This document shows, piece by piece, positions 1 to 12,695 of a DNA stretch of 64,000 nt. Below the pieces are notes generated by a model. The model was not told the origin of the DNA. It did not search any database and saw only the letters and a program-made list of their open reading frames with translations. How positions within the stretch are numbered: the first letter of the stretch is position 1; every line of letters begins with the position of its first letter. The position numbers and the translations under genes were made by a program. Source of the DNA: Tricharina praecox (taxonomy: Eukaryota); assembly GCF_024521635.1 (NCBI RefSeq), contig NW_026250411.1:496001-560000 (forward strand), read 5' to 3'.

Positions 1-1631
1 ATACAGACCTAATGTAAGCATAAAGTTTGGGAGTCGACTCGGAGGTTTCGTACAATGTGCTGGGCTCGGCTATGAAGCTGGCATGATCGAGACTTGAATA
101 TCGTCCGAACTCGCTGATGCGGCCCAACTGTATGCATACATACCGGCGTGGGAGGTATGACGATATGTACATGTGTACTCTACGCACTCCGTGAATCGGA
201 AACCCCATCCAGGTACCACCGCATCCAAAGAGTCAGGTAGTCGGAGTTTTCTGCGGCGTGGTAACCACAGCTCGAGCTCTCCAACTGCCAGGAAGATTCA
301 GGTGCTTAACCTTTGGTTCGGAGTGCTATGTTGAAGAGTACGAGTAAAAATGATGAGCTTGTTTGTTCGATTGATTCTCAAAACACAGCGGATGACCAGC
401 TAGACATGCCAGTAACCAGACAGAAGGAGAAGCAAGTATGAAAATAAACAGGATTCTTGAGGGAGGCGTGCAATATTACCAATATGACCAATGTGCAACA
501 TCTTCGCAGAATGACGATGTGGCTTGATGATATGACTTTTGAACGAGAATCGCCACATGCTGGAGCCCAATATTTCGAGTGATAGACCGTGATTGTGCGA
601 GCGGCGAGCACTGCCGTAAACACACACCGCTCGGAAGAGACGGAACGAATTGGTTATCTCTCTCTCCGAACAGATAACTTCTCCGCTCCGTGTCTGTCAT
701 AGTAAACCATGAAAGGAACCTAGGACTTAGGGCCTTCGTAGAGATCGAGATCGATGTCCTGCTGGTGCTTACTTTACTTGCCGCCACACAGGTGCGTAGG
801 TACGCAATCCGCGCACGCAATGAATTACCGCCACCAGTCAAGTACCTGTGCCTTTATATACCTTCCTCACCGGCGGTGGAGTAAATAGAAGTAATCGAGC
901 AACTAAAGACAAAGGAAAGGACTAGTACCCAGTATAGCAGAGCACGTGTTCATTTCACCCTTCGCCTGGCCATTAACCCTTGGTCACTCGTGAAATTAAA
1001 CATCAACCTCATCTGTTCGGCATTTGGTCTAGCCGCATCGCCGCCGCCGCCCTCTCACCCTCCCCCGGCTCCACTGTGCCACATCAACCGCCTCGGCAAA
1101 ACATCCGCGACAGGAAGGTTGTTTCCTGTTTTCCTGTTTTTTGATTGTTTTTTCTCTTTCTTGTTACAGGTCGTTCTGGAATTATTCCCTCCTCCGGGGA
1201 GGATCTTCACTGTCACTGTCATCGTCGTGTTTCGAGTGCTATTTGGCAATATCACTGGGTATATGTCACGGGCCGGAACCTCGGGAAAGACCGCATGCAC
1301 GGAAGTGGCATCGTCAACAGGACGGAAAACGATTACAGCGATAACTAGCTTTATCGACTCGTCGGGCTAGGTAACTACACAGCTACTGCGTAGGATAGTA
1401 TGGACTATGGAGGGTGAAGAAGAAGCAGCTGATATCCAGGCCTAGAGTGCGTCTCCACCTGCTAGACGAACTCCTGGAATGAGTGATGATTTATGAAGAA
1501 GCTTTACGGCAAATGCCACTGCGAATAGAAAATCTGCTCGATATGTACCACATACGCGTGGCTGCTAGAGGATCTCCAACATCGCTCGACTCTTACGCCT
1601 CCTCCACAGTCTACGTGCTAGTCAAGACAGC

Positions 1632-1632
<1 letters not shown>

Positions 1633-1662
<30 letters not shown>
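1633..1662. repeat. poly(C) homopolymer, 30 nt
   Basis: Uninterrupted C run; its length may be affected by sequencing error. Confidence 0.9.
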
Positions 1663-1664
<2 letters not shown>

Positions 1665-4600
1665 GGCCCTAAGGAGCCGAATCGTCTGGACTCTTCAGCC
1701 GGTGCTATCAACACCTGCGGTGGTAGATACCGAAAGTACGTGGTCCCAGCGGGAATGTAGAAGGAATGAATGAGGAGTGGGCCAGGACCAAACATCATCT
1801 CTCGCTCGTAAGAGATTACTTCTCGTCCCTTTCGATCGAGTGTCGTGATGGTCCACTAGATCTTCACACCACAAATGGACACTCTGGCATAGGTAGGCCC
1901 AAGCTTCTCACCGCAAACGGACGTCTCAGACCATCCATCGCGGAGAGAATGGAACGTCTAATATCCCATCCCAGCAGTGAGATGAACCTGGGTAGGTACT
2001 CTATCCTAAAATCGATCCAAGGTTGGGACCATACGTGAGGGAAACCCGTGCCAAAGGCGTATAGTAGCCGTTGAATAGAGGCGGCATCACGTTGTACTCC
2101 CCTTGCAAATACCTACGTAACTACCACCACAACCACGAATTTGAATTCATCTTCCCCTTCATACCTGTGTTGACGAAAGATCCCCCCACTCGACGAGCAA
2201 TGGCGTCTCGAGTCCCAAGACTACCTAGCAGCTTACGGTGACTCCAAAAATAAGATACGGCTGAGCTTCGAACTTCGAGCTTCGAAGCGGAGTTTCAGCA
2301 GAGCTGAACTTATGACTGGGCACACGTGTATCGGTGTTTTGGACGCAAAACTCAATACCCGAAGAGGAACATAAGATGACGATGATGATGATGGGTAGGA
2401 TCCGACTCATACAATGTTCATTGGACCACCCCGCACTGCCCACTCGAAACCACCGTTCCAGGAAGACGGATTGCGCTGCCTGTAACAGCTGCCTATCGGT
2501 CTGGTGTCGACTGCAGAACACAGGTAAGCTCTACATATTATACACCGGGACATAAACTCAAACTCGTTGGAAGAGCGAATCAAACACACATCCGGTACAC
2601 GGACCTAGAGTAGATGGGTAGGTATTCTCCGCAGGATACATGCCTCCCCGTTTGCCGGACGGACGGCTGGCGTTGACAGTTTGATAGTTACTACCGGTAT
2701 CTACTCTACCTCCCTCCAACCGACTTCCCCGGGCGGGGGGTGAGAGGTCGTTTAAGATGGACAAGGGCGAAGAAATCGCCGCGGCTAATCCGCATCACCG
2801 AGTAACGTAAGCGTCTGGAGTGGAGTGGGTTCCAAGGAGTTTGCCAAGGCCCCCCGAGTTAGCCGGAAAATCAGCCCCAAAATTACTCTTCTCGGTAATG
2901 CATGGAACAAACGTTCCTGGCCTAGTCGGGGAGGGGGCTCGAGCCTCGTTTCATTTCTCGCCCCCCCCCCTCCACCGCCCTCGCCCCTGCTTTCCAAACC
3001 CTCCACCCTCCTCCTCCTCCACCCCCCCCCACGAGGAAGGTTACGTGCGAATTCTTTTTGTAGCGTCCGTTCGAGTCGTTCGATTCCGGGGTTGCCATGC
3101 GACAGATGGATCGGTCTGCTAGCTCTTTTTTCTCGCGTCTACTGGTGTCGGTGTATAATTTGCTGAGGAAGGGGGGGGGGAGGGGGGCATGATTCTCTTC
3201 AGATTCAGGTTCGGGTAGGTACACCACGGCGGCGTTTTCACCACCTGCCATCCGGGACAACATCGTGGACCTCCCTTCTCCCCCCTTGCCCCCGCCGGGC
3301 CCCCACCCCATATGATCGGTCTCACTTACTCTACTATACGATACTACACTCTAGTATAGTTTTGGGTTTCTCGAGGGTTTGGAGTCAGTATGTAGGAGCA
3401 CACAAAACGAGAGGAAATGGAGATTTCATATACCTACGTTGAGGACCACTACTATACTCACTACATACGGTACCATTCATCCATACTTAGCATTCTGTCA
3501 ATCCAAAACCGTGTTTGCACTCTGCTATACCTGCAACCAGCAACCAGTTTTCTTTCCGTGTGGAACCTGTCTCATGATCGCGCGGGCTCCGGAACGATGG
3601 AAAACTCACTACCTACATGTACGGGTCATGGATTGCTTGTTAGAAGGCCTACGCAACCGGCGATAGTTAACTACGGTCCTACTCTGGACATGGATGATGG
3701 CGTTCAAAAATTCATCGGGAACAAGTATCTACGGCGAATGTCCTCGTGCTATCATAGTACGGCCTGTCACTTTGCCACTGTGGCCGGGGGTGGTGCTCGT
3801 GGTTGTGGTGGTTGTGGTGGTGGTTGTACGCACAGCTGGTATGGGAACGAAACACACAACCCCTCCTCCCCCTCCAGGTCCGTCACCGTTACCGTCACCA
3901 CTGTGCACTCGACTGACTGACTGACTGACCGTCTCCATCCGCCCGGGACCCTGAATCTTCAATCCCCTAGGTATCATACCAAGTGGTACCGATATGTAAC
4001 AAGCTGCACGCCGACAAACTGTTTCGTCTACCTACTCTATGTACCGGCATCCATCCGATTGGGTCTGTCAGAAGTACGTAGATATGTCAGGTATGTAGGT
4101 ACGGTTCCAAGATGCAATCCTCGAAGCCATGTACCTACGCTGTACCCGAGTACCGTAGCTAAGGACCTGTCATAAGAGCCTGGCCTGGCACATGACACGA
4201 GCATGGCACGAGGGAGGAGGCAAGGACACGCCAATGAATATCGCCAATGAATATCCGTCATCCGAGCGAACCGACTATCGACCATCTACATACCTATATA
4301 CCGGTGCTTTGCCTTCTCCTTCTCCTTCTCCTATGTATGTCGGGACGCTAAGAAGCCGATGGTGAAGAACAGCGTTCCGGCGCTCGGGTGGATACATACC
4401 TCATAGGTGGGGTGGGTACTTCCTTGAAGTCACTAGGTACATAGTTACTCCATCGAGCTGACGATCTCGTTAGAGTACTACCTATACCCAGTAACTAGTT
4501 GCCTACGTCGTCATGGCATGGTTCGAGTTCATTGGGAAAACCCTCACAGCATGACCCGACGATGCTATGTATGATACTACCAGTACACAGATCATAATGC

Positions 4601-7600
4601 GTCACTCTCCCTCCCCGTTCACATGACCTGCAATTGGCAACCAGGACTTGGTAGGATGTAGTGTCCACCCGCCAAGTAGACCTCACCTCGCCCCGGCGCC
4701 GCCGCCGCAGCAGCAGCAGCAAGACATATTCGGCGGCCAAGACCCGGTCCAGTCCAGTAGGTAGTCATGATCGCCCGCCCGAGCCGCACACGCACATATT
4801 CGCACGCCGAATCCGCCGGCGCGACTGACTCGCGAGGGTCTGACGTTGAAAGTGCACCCTTTTTTAACTCTTCGTACCTACTCTAGAGTGCGTATGATAC
4901 AACCCCGGTCCCCGGTACGGTATGTACTCAGGTGTAAGGGTAAGTGCTGCCTCACCAGGTTTTCCCCCATACAACTTAGCGTTTTTCCCCCATACAGATT
5001 AGTCACAATCACTCACTCATTTCATTGTGTCTGGCTTAGTGCGCTCCTAATATAGACTAGTGCTCATAATTCGTAATGGTGGTGAGGCACCACTTATTGG
5101 CAGCTCCTGGTACATCATATCATAAGTGTAGTTTTCCCCTTCCCTTCCCTTCCCTTTCCTTTTTCCCTTTCTTTGTTTTTGGTTTCTTTCCTTTTACTCC
5201 GTGCGGCCATGCGTGCTCTAGGTACGGTAAGGTATGTAGGGAAGGGTAGAGTAGAGTAACGAGGGTTTTGACGATTCAACAGTACGCTATATACGGGCAA
5301 GATCATGAAAGGACCGTGCTGATATCATAGGTAGAGTACATACTCTACCGACAATCCCTCCCTTTCCCAGGTTCCTTCCTCCGTGTACTGTCGATGCGTA
5401 TCAGACATCGGTGGATCAAGTGGTGACTCGTGAGCTTTTTCGGTTTTGCGGGAGGGGGGGAGGGGGGGAGATGGGGAGATGAGCGGGAGGAGGAGGAGTA
5501 CCTATGGCTACTCTGGATATATAGAGTACAATACATCATATGTATCTCCGGAAGAGCGAAATCCGGGCTGGCTGGAAGTCTACTCTCCTCTACTATACTC
5601 TCATCTCCTCTAAGTACGGCACCGGTTTTCCGTGAGCGAGCGAGCGAGTGGCAGCAGCAGACTCCGAAGTGAGTGAGCGAGCGAGTGGCTCTATTCATAG
5701 GTAGACCGTAGTATGTAAAAGGGGATCTTGAATCTTGATCTGGTCCGTTGCCGGAGCCACTGCTACTGCTACTGCCAGGCTAGTGCTCAGCTACCCAGAT
5801 ACAGTAGCGGTGTCTCTCGATATGTACTAGTACTTCATACGGTATATTTGTTTGTGGCTTGCGATGGTCGGTCTGGAATGGGAAATATTGGGTTTGTTTT
5901 TACTTGCCTGTTTGTCATCTCTTCTTCAAGAACGTTTGGACTTTACACAAGCAAGTCGTTACTAGAGACAGAGACCGAGAACCGAACCGACCGCCGTTCC
6001 GCAGCAGACCTTGGACCGTCAGCAGCATCAGCAGCAGGTCTGTGGGGGGTGGTTGTCGACTGCGAGTGGCTCCCCGATCGTCCATTCTGACTGTACGCAC
6101 GCACATAGGCATCTATGTTGAGCAAGGCAAAGCCTCAAGAGTCGACGCCGACGAATGGAAGGCCGTAGAGCGAAAGCCGAAAGACCGTGGAACACGAGTC
6201 TCTCCCTAAGACATCTTTCACCGGTCATTCACCCTTGGAGATGGCCATTGGGACCGGGACCGGGACGTATGTACAGTACTCTATTCTGTATGATGCATAC
6301 GTGTGGAGGTAAGAGTACATACGGTACTTATCGCACCCATCTGCGCAGTCCCTACGGGGCGGCGACAAAACCAAACCATGGCCATGTCAAAGCCATTTAG
6401 TCCATGCCATTGGTACATACCCCCCGAGTCCCGAGTCGCACTTGCCTGTCCGTGTTTTGTGATCACCATCCTCCCGCCCTTCTTCGTCTTACTGCATCGA
6501 ACTTCAAGACCGACCGGGCCGTCTCCCACGCGATTTATTGTTTTCTCGAATGCCGTGAGCACTGAGACCACCCCCCATGTCCGCCTTCGGGTGCGGGACT
6601 CGAACAAGTGATGCCAAGAAGCCGCTAAATCAATCGGCCCAAACCTCCTCCCCCCGTTCTCGGCCTTCTCCAGAGTCCATCTCCATCTCCAAGGCCACCA
6701 CCGCCACCGCCATCGTCGTCGCAGCAGGTGCATACTCTAGATACATATAGCACCGACCGAGAAACACTCGTTCTATGTCTCTCTCGCTCCCACACGCAAA
6801 CACTCGCACACTCCTCCGATCGGCCTCTCCTCGTCGCCGTGCGGAGTGTTCGTTTGTTTGTGACGAGATCGCCTGGCGAACAGGGTACCTAGCCGTCGTC
6901 GCGAATTGGCAGGGAAGCGAGAGCGAGAGCTAGAGTACTTGGTACTAGCAGGTACATGAGTGCTAGTTATGAGATTGAACATGCTCGAATCCGACTCCAC
7001 CGTAGAGTTGCGCTCTGCAAAGCATACCGAGTACATAGTTACACGCTGGTGGTTAGAGTATAGTTGCGATAGTATGGGATGGCATGTAGAGCACTCTCCT
7101 CTGCATCCCGTACGGCACTCTACGTCCATACAGCATGTTGTGAGGACTTGCTTGCTTGGTGATTGTGCAGAGTCCTTACGTACCTACCGTACAGACTCAC
7201 GCTACATCGACTCCTCCCTAAACGAGAGAAGAAATGGCTGGCTTCTTCATCTTCTTCCCGGCTGGTCGCTGCTAAGGACGTAGATGGTTACTAGCTGTTG
7301 CTCCTGTTGCTGCCCCTTTCTGCGCGAAGCTGCTAGTAAAACCCCCCCAGCAGCAGCAGCACCTCATCAACTGCCACCCCCCGCCCATCGCTCCACCACC
7401 ACCCCCCCGTTTCCCAAAAGCGCATCTCCGATTCCCTTTTCTCGTCAGTTCTTGTGTTACTATACTTCTCTCGAGAGAGCGGGTTCGTTCGCCCCATCCC
7501 CTCCCTCCCTCCATCTCTCTTGCCCGTGTCTTGTCTCTTGCCCGTGTCTCTCCTTCCCTCCTCCTCCTCTTCACGCTTTTCTCTTCATACTACCCATCTC

Positions 7601-8098
7601 ACCACCACCCACCACCCCCAAATCAATTCAACTCAACTCACAATCAAAATCCCTTTCATCCACTCGAAGCCTTTCGATCGCGACTGAAAGAAAGAGAAAG
7701 AGAAAGAACGACCCGCCGCCCCCGACATCCAATTGACTTTGCGTTGTCCTGCCCTTCATTTCTCTGGAACATACTGGTTGCGTTCGAGAAGCCTTCCACA
7801 CTCATCCCACCCCTCGCTTTGCGAAAACAATTATAAAAAAAACAATAAAAAAAAGGTCAGCAGCCACTCATTGATTCTCCCGCTCCCGCCCAGTGCCAAC
7901 CTTTTACCAGCCTGCCATCGCTCGCCTCCTTCACTGCTGCAACGACGACCCACCACCCAAATACCAACCCACACCACTCACCTTCGTTTCCACCCCCCAC
8001 CGGCCAGCAATCATCGCCACTCCAGTGCGATAATTACATCAACTAATCTTCCATTCTCACGCATCTCGAACGCGATCCCGCAATTCTACACGTCTAAG

Positions 8099-8691
8099 GT
8101 GAGCCCATCTCATTCGTTTGTCTCCATCTGTTCTTTCTATCTGTCTCTCTCTCTCTCTCTTTTCTTTCCCTCCATCCCATCGTGCACGTCCGAGTTGCTT
8201 GCTACGCTTGCTCTTTTGGCACGCCTACTACTGCTACTACCGTTCTCTGTTGTGGAGGGAGATTTCGGCTGCACGGTCTACTCGCTTTGACGTCTGCGAC
8301 CATCTCTTCTCATCGCGCTATACTGCAGTCGCGATGAGCCTCTGCTCTAGAGGATGATGATGATGGAGCATAGCAGGGGGGCAGGGCTGGAGCTGGAATC
8401 GCTCGCAATCATTAAAAACCACCACCGATGATGAGGTTGATGCTGTCTCTTGATGAGGGAATGCGGACTTAACGGTCGTGTTTTTTTGTCTGTTGCGCCC
8501 GACTAATCTGACCGATTGCCGCCCCCCTCCCAACGTCCGCCGAGAAAACTGATATACCCCTTGGCGGCCCCCGGCTCTGCTTTGTCTTCCTTTCATCCTT
8601 TCCAACCAACCCCCCCAGCCCCAGCCCGAAGTTTGTGCTGTGATTCGCGCGTCTTCGTCTCCAACACCGGTCGTTCTAACAAAAGAAATAG
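8099..8691 (+). other. Putative 5'-UTR intron of the G-alpha gene
   Basis: AAG|GTGAGC donor at 8099, TTCTAAC branch site at about 8674-8680, AG acceptor at 8685 or 8691, about 150 nt upstream of ATG 8843. Confidence 0.5.
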
Positions 8692-8842
8692 AATTTTAAA
8701 CTACTACATCTCGAAACGATCGATCGGAGCTTGTTTCGTTCCGAACTCCCACCTTTTTACTAGCGAACTCGCCACATTCCTTCCGTGAAACCGTATCGTC
8801 ACCAATTTCGAAAGAGACAAAAACCAACTACACGCCTCCAAG

Positions 8843-10094
8843 ATGGGTTGCGGCATGAGCACAGAGGAGAAGGAGGGGAAGCTGCGCAATGAGCAGATTG
8901 AGAACACTCTCAAGAAGGATAGGATGATGCAGAGGAACGAGATCAAGATGCTTCTTCTCGGTAATTCCATCCGGATGTCCCCCATCGTCACTTGTTTCAC
9001 GTGCTTATAAGCTGGGGAAATCATAGGTGCTGGAGAGTCTGGAAAGTCCACCATCCTCAAGCAGATGAAGCTCATCCACGAGGGCGGCTACAGCCGCGAC
9101 GAGCGGGAATCCTTCAAGGAGATCATCTTCTCGAACACGGTGCAGTCCATGAGGGTCATCCTGGAGGCCATGGAATCGTTGGAGCTTCCTCTCGACGACA
9201 ACCGCGGCGAGTACCACGTGCAGACCATCTTCATGCAACCCACACAGATCGAGGGTGACAGCCTGCCTCCGGAGGTTGGCAATGCCATCAGGTCGCTGTG
9301 GCAGGATCGTGGCGTTCAGCAGTGCTTCCAACGATCGAGGGAGTACCAGTTGAACGACTCGGCCAGATAGTGAGTGATGCTTATAACCATCACAGCATCT
9401 CGCGGAATGTGTAGCTAACCAACGGGGGGGGGGGATAGTTACTTCGATTCCATCGACCGCATCGCGCAACCCGATTACGTTCCCAGCGATCAGGATGTCT
9501 TGCGCTCCCGAGTCAAGACCACTGGTATCACCGAGACCACGTTCATCATCGGGGACCTGACGTACAGGATGTTCGATGTCGGTGGACAGCGTTCGGAGCG
9601 GAAGAAGTGGATCCACTGCTTCGAGAATGTCACCACGATTCTTTTCCTGGTTGCCATCTCCGAGTACGATCAGCTGCTCTTCGAGGACGAGACCGTCAAC
9701 CGTATGCAGGAGGCGTTGACCCTGTTCGACTCCATCTGCAACTCGAGGTGGTTCATCAAGACCAGCATCATTCTGTTCCTCAACAAGATCGATCGATTTC
9801 GCGAGAAGCTGCCCGTCAGCCCGATGAAGAACTACTTCTCGGATTACGAGGGCGGTGAAGACTACACGGCGGCATGCGATTACATCTTGAACCGGTTCGT
9901 GTCGTTAAACCAGTCCGAGACGAAGCAGATCTACACGCACTTTACCTGTGCCACGGATACCACACAGATCAGATTCGTTATGGCGGCTGTTAATGGTTTG
10001 TTTCACGGCCTTCCCCAGACACTTTGCGACAACGGCTAACATGCTCTCAGACATCATCATACAAGAGAACCTGAGGCAATGCGGCTTAATATAA
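8843..10094 (+). CDS. gna1: Heterotrimeric G-protein alpha subunit, fungal group I (Gi-like; FadA/GNA-1 type)
   Basis: Exons 8843-8960, 9027-9369, 9439-9995, 10051-10094 with GT-AG introns. MGCGMS myristoylation/palmitoylation start, [10 protein letters not shown]-loop, [31 protein letters not shown]-terminus ENLRQCGLI. Confidence 0.98.
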
Positions 10095-12074
10095 TGACTT
10101 GCATTGACTGGCCACGGAAACGTATCGATTGTCCAGCCACAATGCGACCAAGACTCTTTCGCCGTTTTCACTTGTCCCCGTTTTCATGTTGTCATTCCAC
10201 TGGTGTCTTTAGGTGTTGTCGCTGCTTGCACGTTTGCCTTTTTTATTTTTATTTTACCGACCGCGATGCCCTGGAGTCATTGGTATGTGCAGATGTGGAG
10301 ACCACCAAGTACCCTTCCCTTTCGTTGCTTTTTCTTACCGCCGTTTCACACTTGTTCTTTTTTTATTCTTCTTTTCCTCTCTGGGCTCATGACATATACC
10401 TTCTTAAATCTACTTCTTTTCGCCCTTTTTGTTGCATGCAATACCAGTCGGTCGCTCCAGGTGTGTTATCTCTTCACACGTTGTGTTGCCGCCAACTGGA
10501 CTCGCAAGAAGGGACATTTTCTTTTCAACTTTTGTATTTTTTTTTCTTCTCATCTCTTTTCGTTTGGGGGGTCTTCTTTCTTGCCTCGTTCACTGTTTTT
10601 TTTTCACTTTTTTTTTTCACTTTTTTTTCCTTTTCTCGAGCCAAAAAAGTATCTCGGATCTCAGCCGTATCTGCTATACAAAAACTCGGCTTTCTGTTTT
10701 TTCGCTCTTAACTTACCGTGTTTGCAATCGATATGGGATGTGATGGGATGTGTGGATGTGGTCGGCGGGGCGGACTGGGTGGGGATGGGATGGGATGGGG
10801 ATGGGATGGAATGGAATGGTGTTGGGATTGGTGGATGGATGGGATGGATGGGGTCCTTTGTTTTTCTACTATGCTGCCGTTTTACCTATTGCAAAGTCAA
10901 GTCAAGCCAACAACTCAAAGTCAAGTCAAGTTAAGTCAAGTGAATCATAACTTATACGTAGAGTGTGTCTGTATGTTCTCTGGAAGCTCAGAGGTCGCGA
11001 TTGGCAAAAAGCAAGTTCCTGTGCATATAGAAAGTATCTACCGTGTTTCGAATGTGTGTGTGTGGGTTGCATCGTGGAATGGCTTGAGCAATAAGGGCCC
11101 CCATCGTTTACCGTAGGTACCGGGATTACAAATCAGGGGTGCTTGGGGTGGTGGTGGTGGTGTCGGGGTGGTGTTGGGGTGTGTGGTGGCGGCGCTGGTG
11201 GCGAAGCGGAACTCCGATGTGGAGGGGGACGGGGGACGGGGGGGACGGGGGGAACGGGGGAGCGGTAGCGAGATGAATGTTGAAACCACATGCAGCTATG
11301 TATGCTCAAGCCGGCGCGGCGGCGGCGGCGGAGGGAGGTGAGCCGACTCCAAACTTGACTCGCTTATCGTCCAGACTGGGGGGCAGGGGGGCACGGGGGG
11401 CGCGCTTGGGCGGGTTATGTAGGTGTGAAGGCGGCACGGCGCGGCTAGGATGTGGCGGGGGTGAGTGATGAGAGGTGGAGAACTGCCTGACTCCCGACGA
11501 GATGGAAGTGGAAGTGGAAGTGACGCTTCGGACTCGGCAATCCCCCCAGGTGGGTGGGCAGTTAGGAGGGAAGTGCAGAACCCGGCGGGGACGGAGGGAA
11601 AGGAAGCCAGTTCACGTAGCCGCAGGCAGAGGTTCCCAGGGTCCAGACAGCCGTCGTGGGCGTCGCTGCTGCTGTCAAGACGGCGACGGCGGATCGATCG
11701 AGAAGTACACATGGTACGGTCCTCGGTACGTTCATCGGCATCCCAAGACCACAACGTGAATCCCGACAGTCACCTATCAGTCCCATGGAAAGCACAACCT
11801 CAGGAACTATTGCCGAGCCCCTCCCGGGTCTCGGGACGATCCGAGATCATGCATCTCCACCTCCACTGTGGAGTAGAATGGCGTGGAGTGGAGTAAAATG
11901 CGCACCCGTAACCCCGTCGGGTGAAATTATACAACGGCATTGATTCATTCATGACCGCACCAGCGCACCCGGGATAATCAATCAAACAAAAAAAAAACAA
12001 TGCCTACCTAGAAAATGGTCCCGCCAGCGGCTAGCTCCACAAGATAAGACAAGACAAGAAGATTAAAAGGTTTT

Positions 12075-12290
12075 AAAAAAAAAGCTGGAAGGGATGTAAC
12101 ACTCGGTTCGGCCGGCCTCGGCCACGACGTCAGAACGTACCACTACAACCGGAAAGATTTCCGAAGTGCTGGACAGGACCGGCCGAGACCACGGTTTGCC
12201 CGCCTGCAGTTACTATAGATAGCTCCCTACCCGAGTGCTGGGAGACTTCGAAACCTAAGTTCGGAAAACTTTCCGAATCTCCAGTCTCTG
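12075..12290 (-). ncRNA. Unidentified structured ncRNA candidate
   Basis: Nested stems: 12231-12239 with 12098-12106, 12181-12190 with 12114-12123, 12158-12164 with 12149-12155, 12283-12288 with 12242-12247, 12270-12277 with 12260-12267. Three mismatches are G-U pairs on the minus strand but A-C on the plus. T9 run at the minus-strand 3' end. Confidence 0.5.
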
Positions 12291-12438
12291 GCCTCAATGT
12301 TTCTCCGACTCATGCATCATCTCACCTCTCTGACATGTGAAACGTCCGCCGTCCTTCCGCGTTCTTGGTTCTTGGTCCATGACCGTGATGGACCGTGATG
12401 GACCGAGCCGCTGCCGTATCGCCCTGTGGAGGGGCAGG

Positions 12439-12497
12439 CTGGACTGGACTGGACCGGACTAAATTGGACCGGCCTGGACTGGACTGGACTGGACTGG
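12439..12497. repeat. (GGACT)n pentanucleotide microsatellite, imperfect
   Basis: ggactggactggaccggact...ggactggactggactggact. Confidence 0.85.
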
Positions 12498-12695
12498 AGT
12501 GCTATTCGGACTGTGGCGAGTGGCGAGTGGTGGGAGAGCACGGTCACTCAGAGCAAAGGAGGAGGAGGAGGAGGAGGATGTGCCTTGGAACGACCACATC
12601 CGCGCCCCCAACCGGCCGAATGCGATATGATGATGTACCACCTCATCCAGACAAATACTCTACCTACCTCTCCACACCCCCACGTTGTGCTACGC

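Noticed and set aside
1..8000. Many short ORFs upstream of G-alpha
   Set aside because: No recognisable domains, splice-consistent gene models or transposon motifs; treated as intergenic, although degraded elements cannot be excluded by eye.
8428..8511. ATGATGA...CTGA pair resembling a C/D snoRNA in the G-alpha leader
   Set aside because: No terminal stem and only about 8 nt of possible rRNA complementarity; ATG repeats are common nearby.
10079..11116. Long Phe-rich ORFs (210-276 aa) after G-alpha
   Set aside because: T-rich 3'-UTR and microsatellite sequence; no domain or coding signal.
12084..12360. Assignment of the structured element to RNase P, RNase MRP, SRP RNA or a ribozyme
   Set aside because: Partial resemblances (TTCCAGC end, GGAAGG start, TAACACT) lack the required P4 pairing, helix-8 motif or catalytic-core nucleotides.
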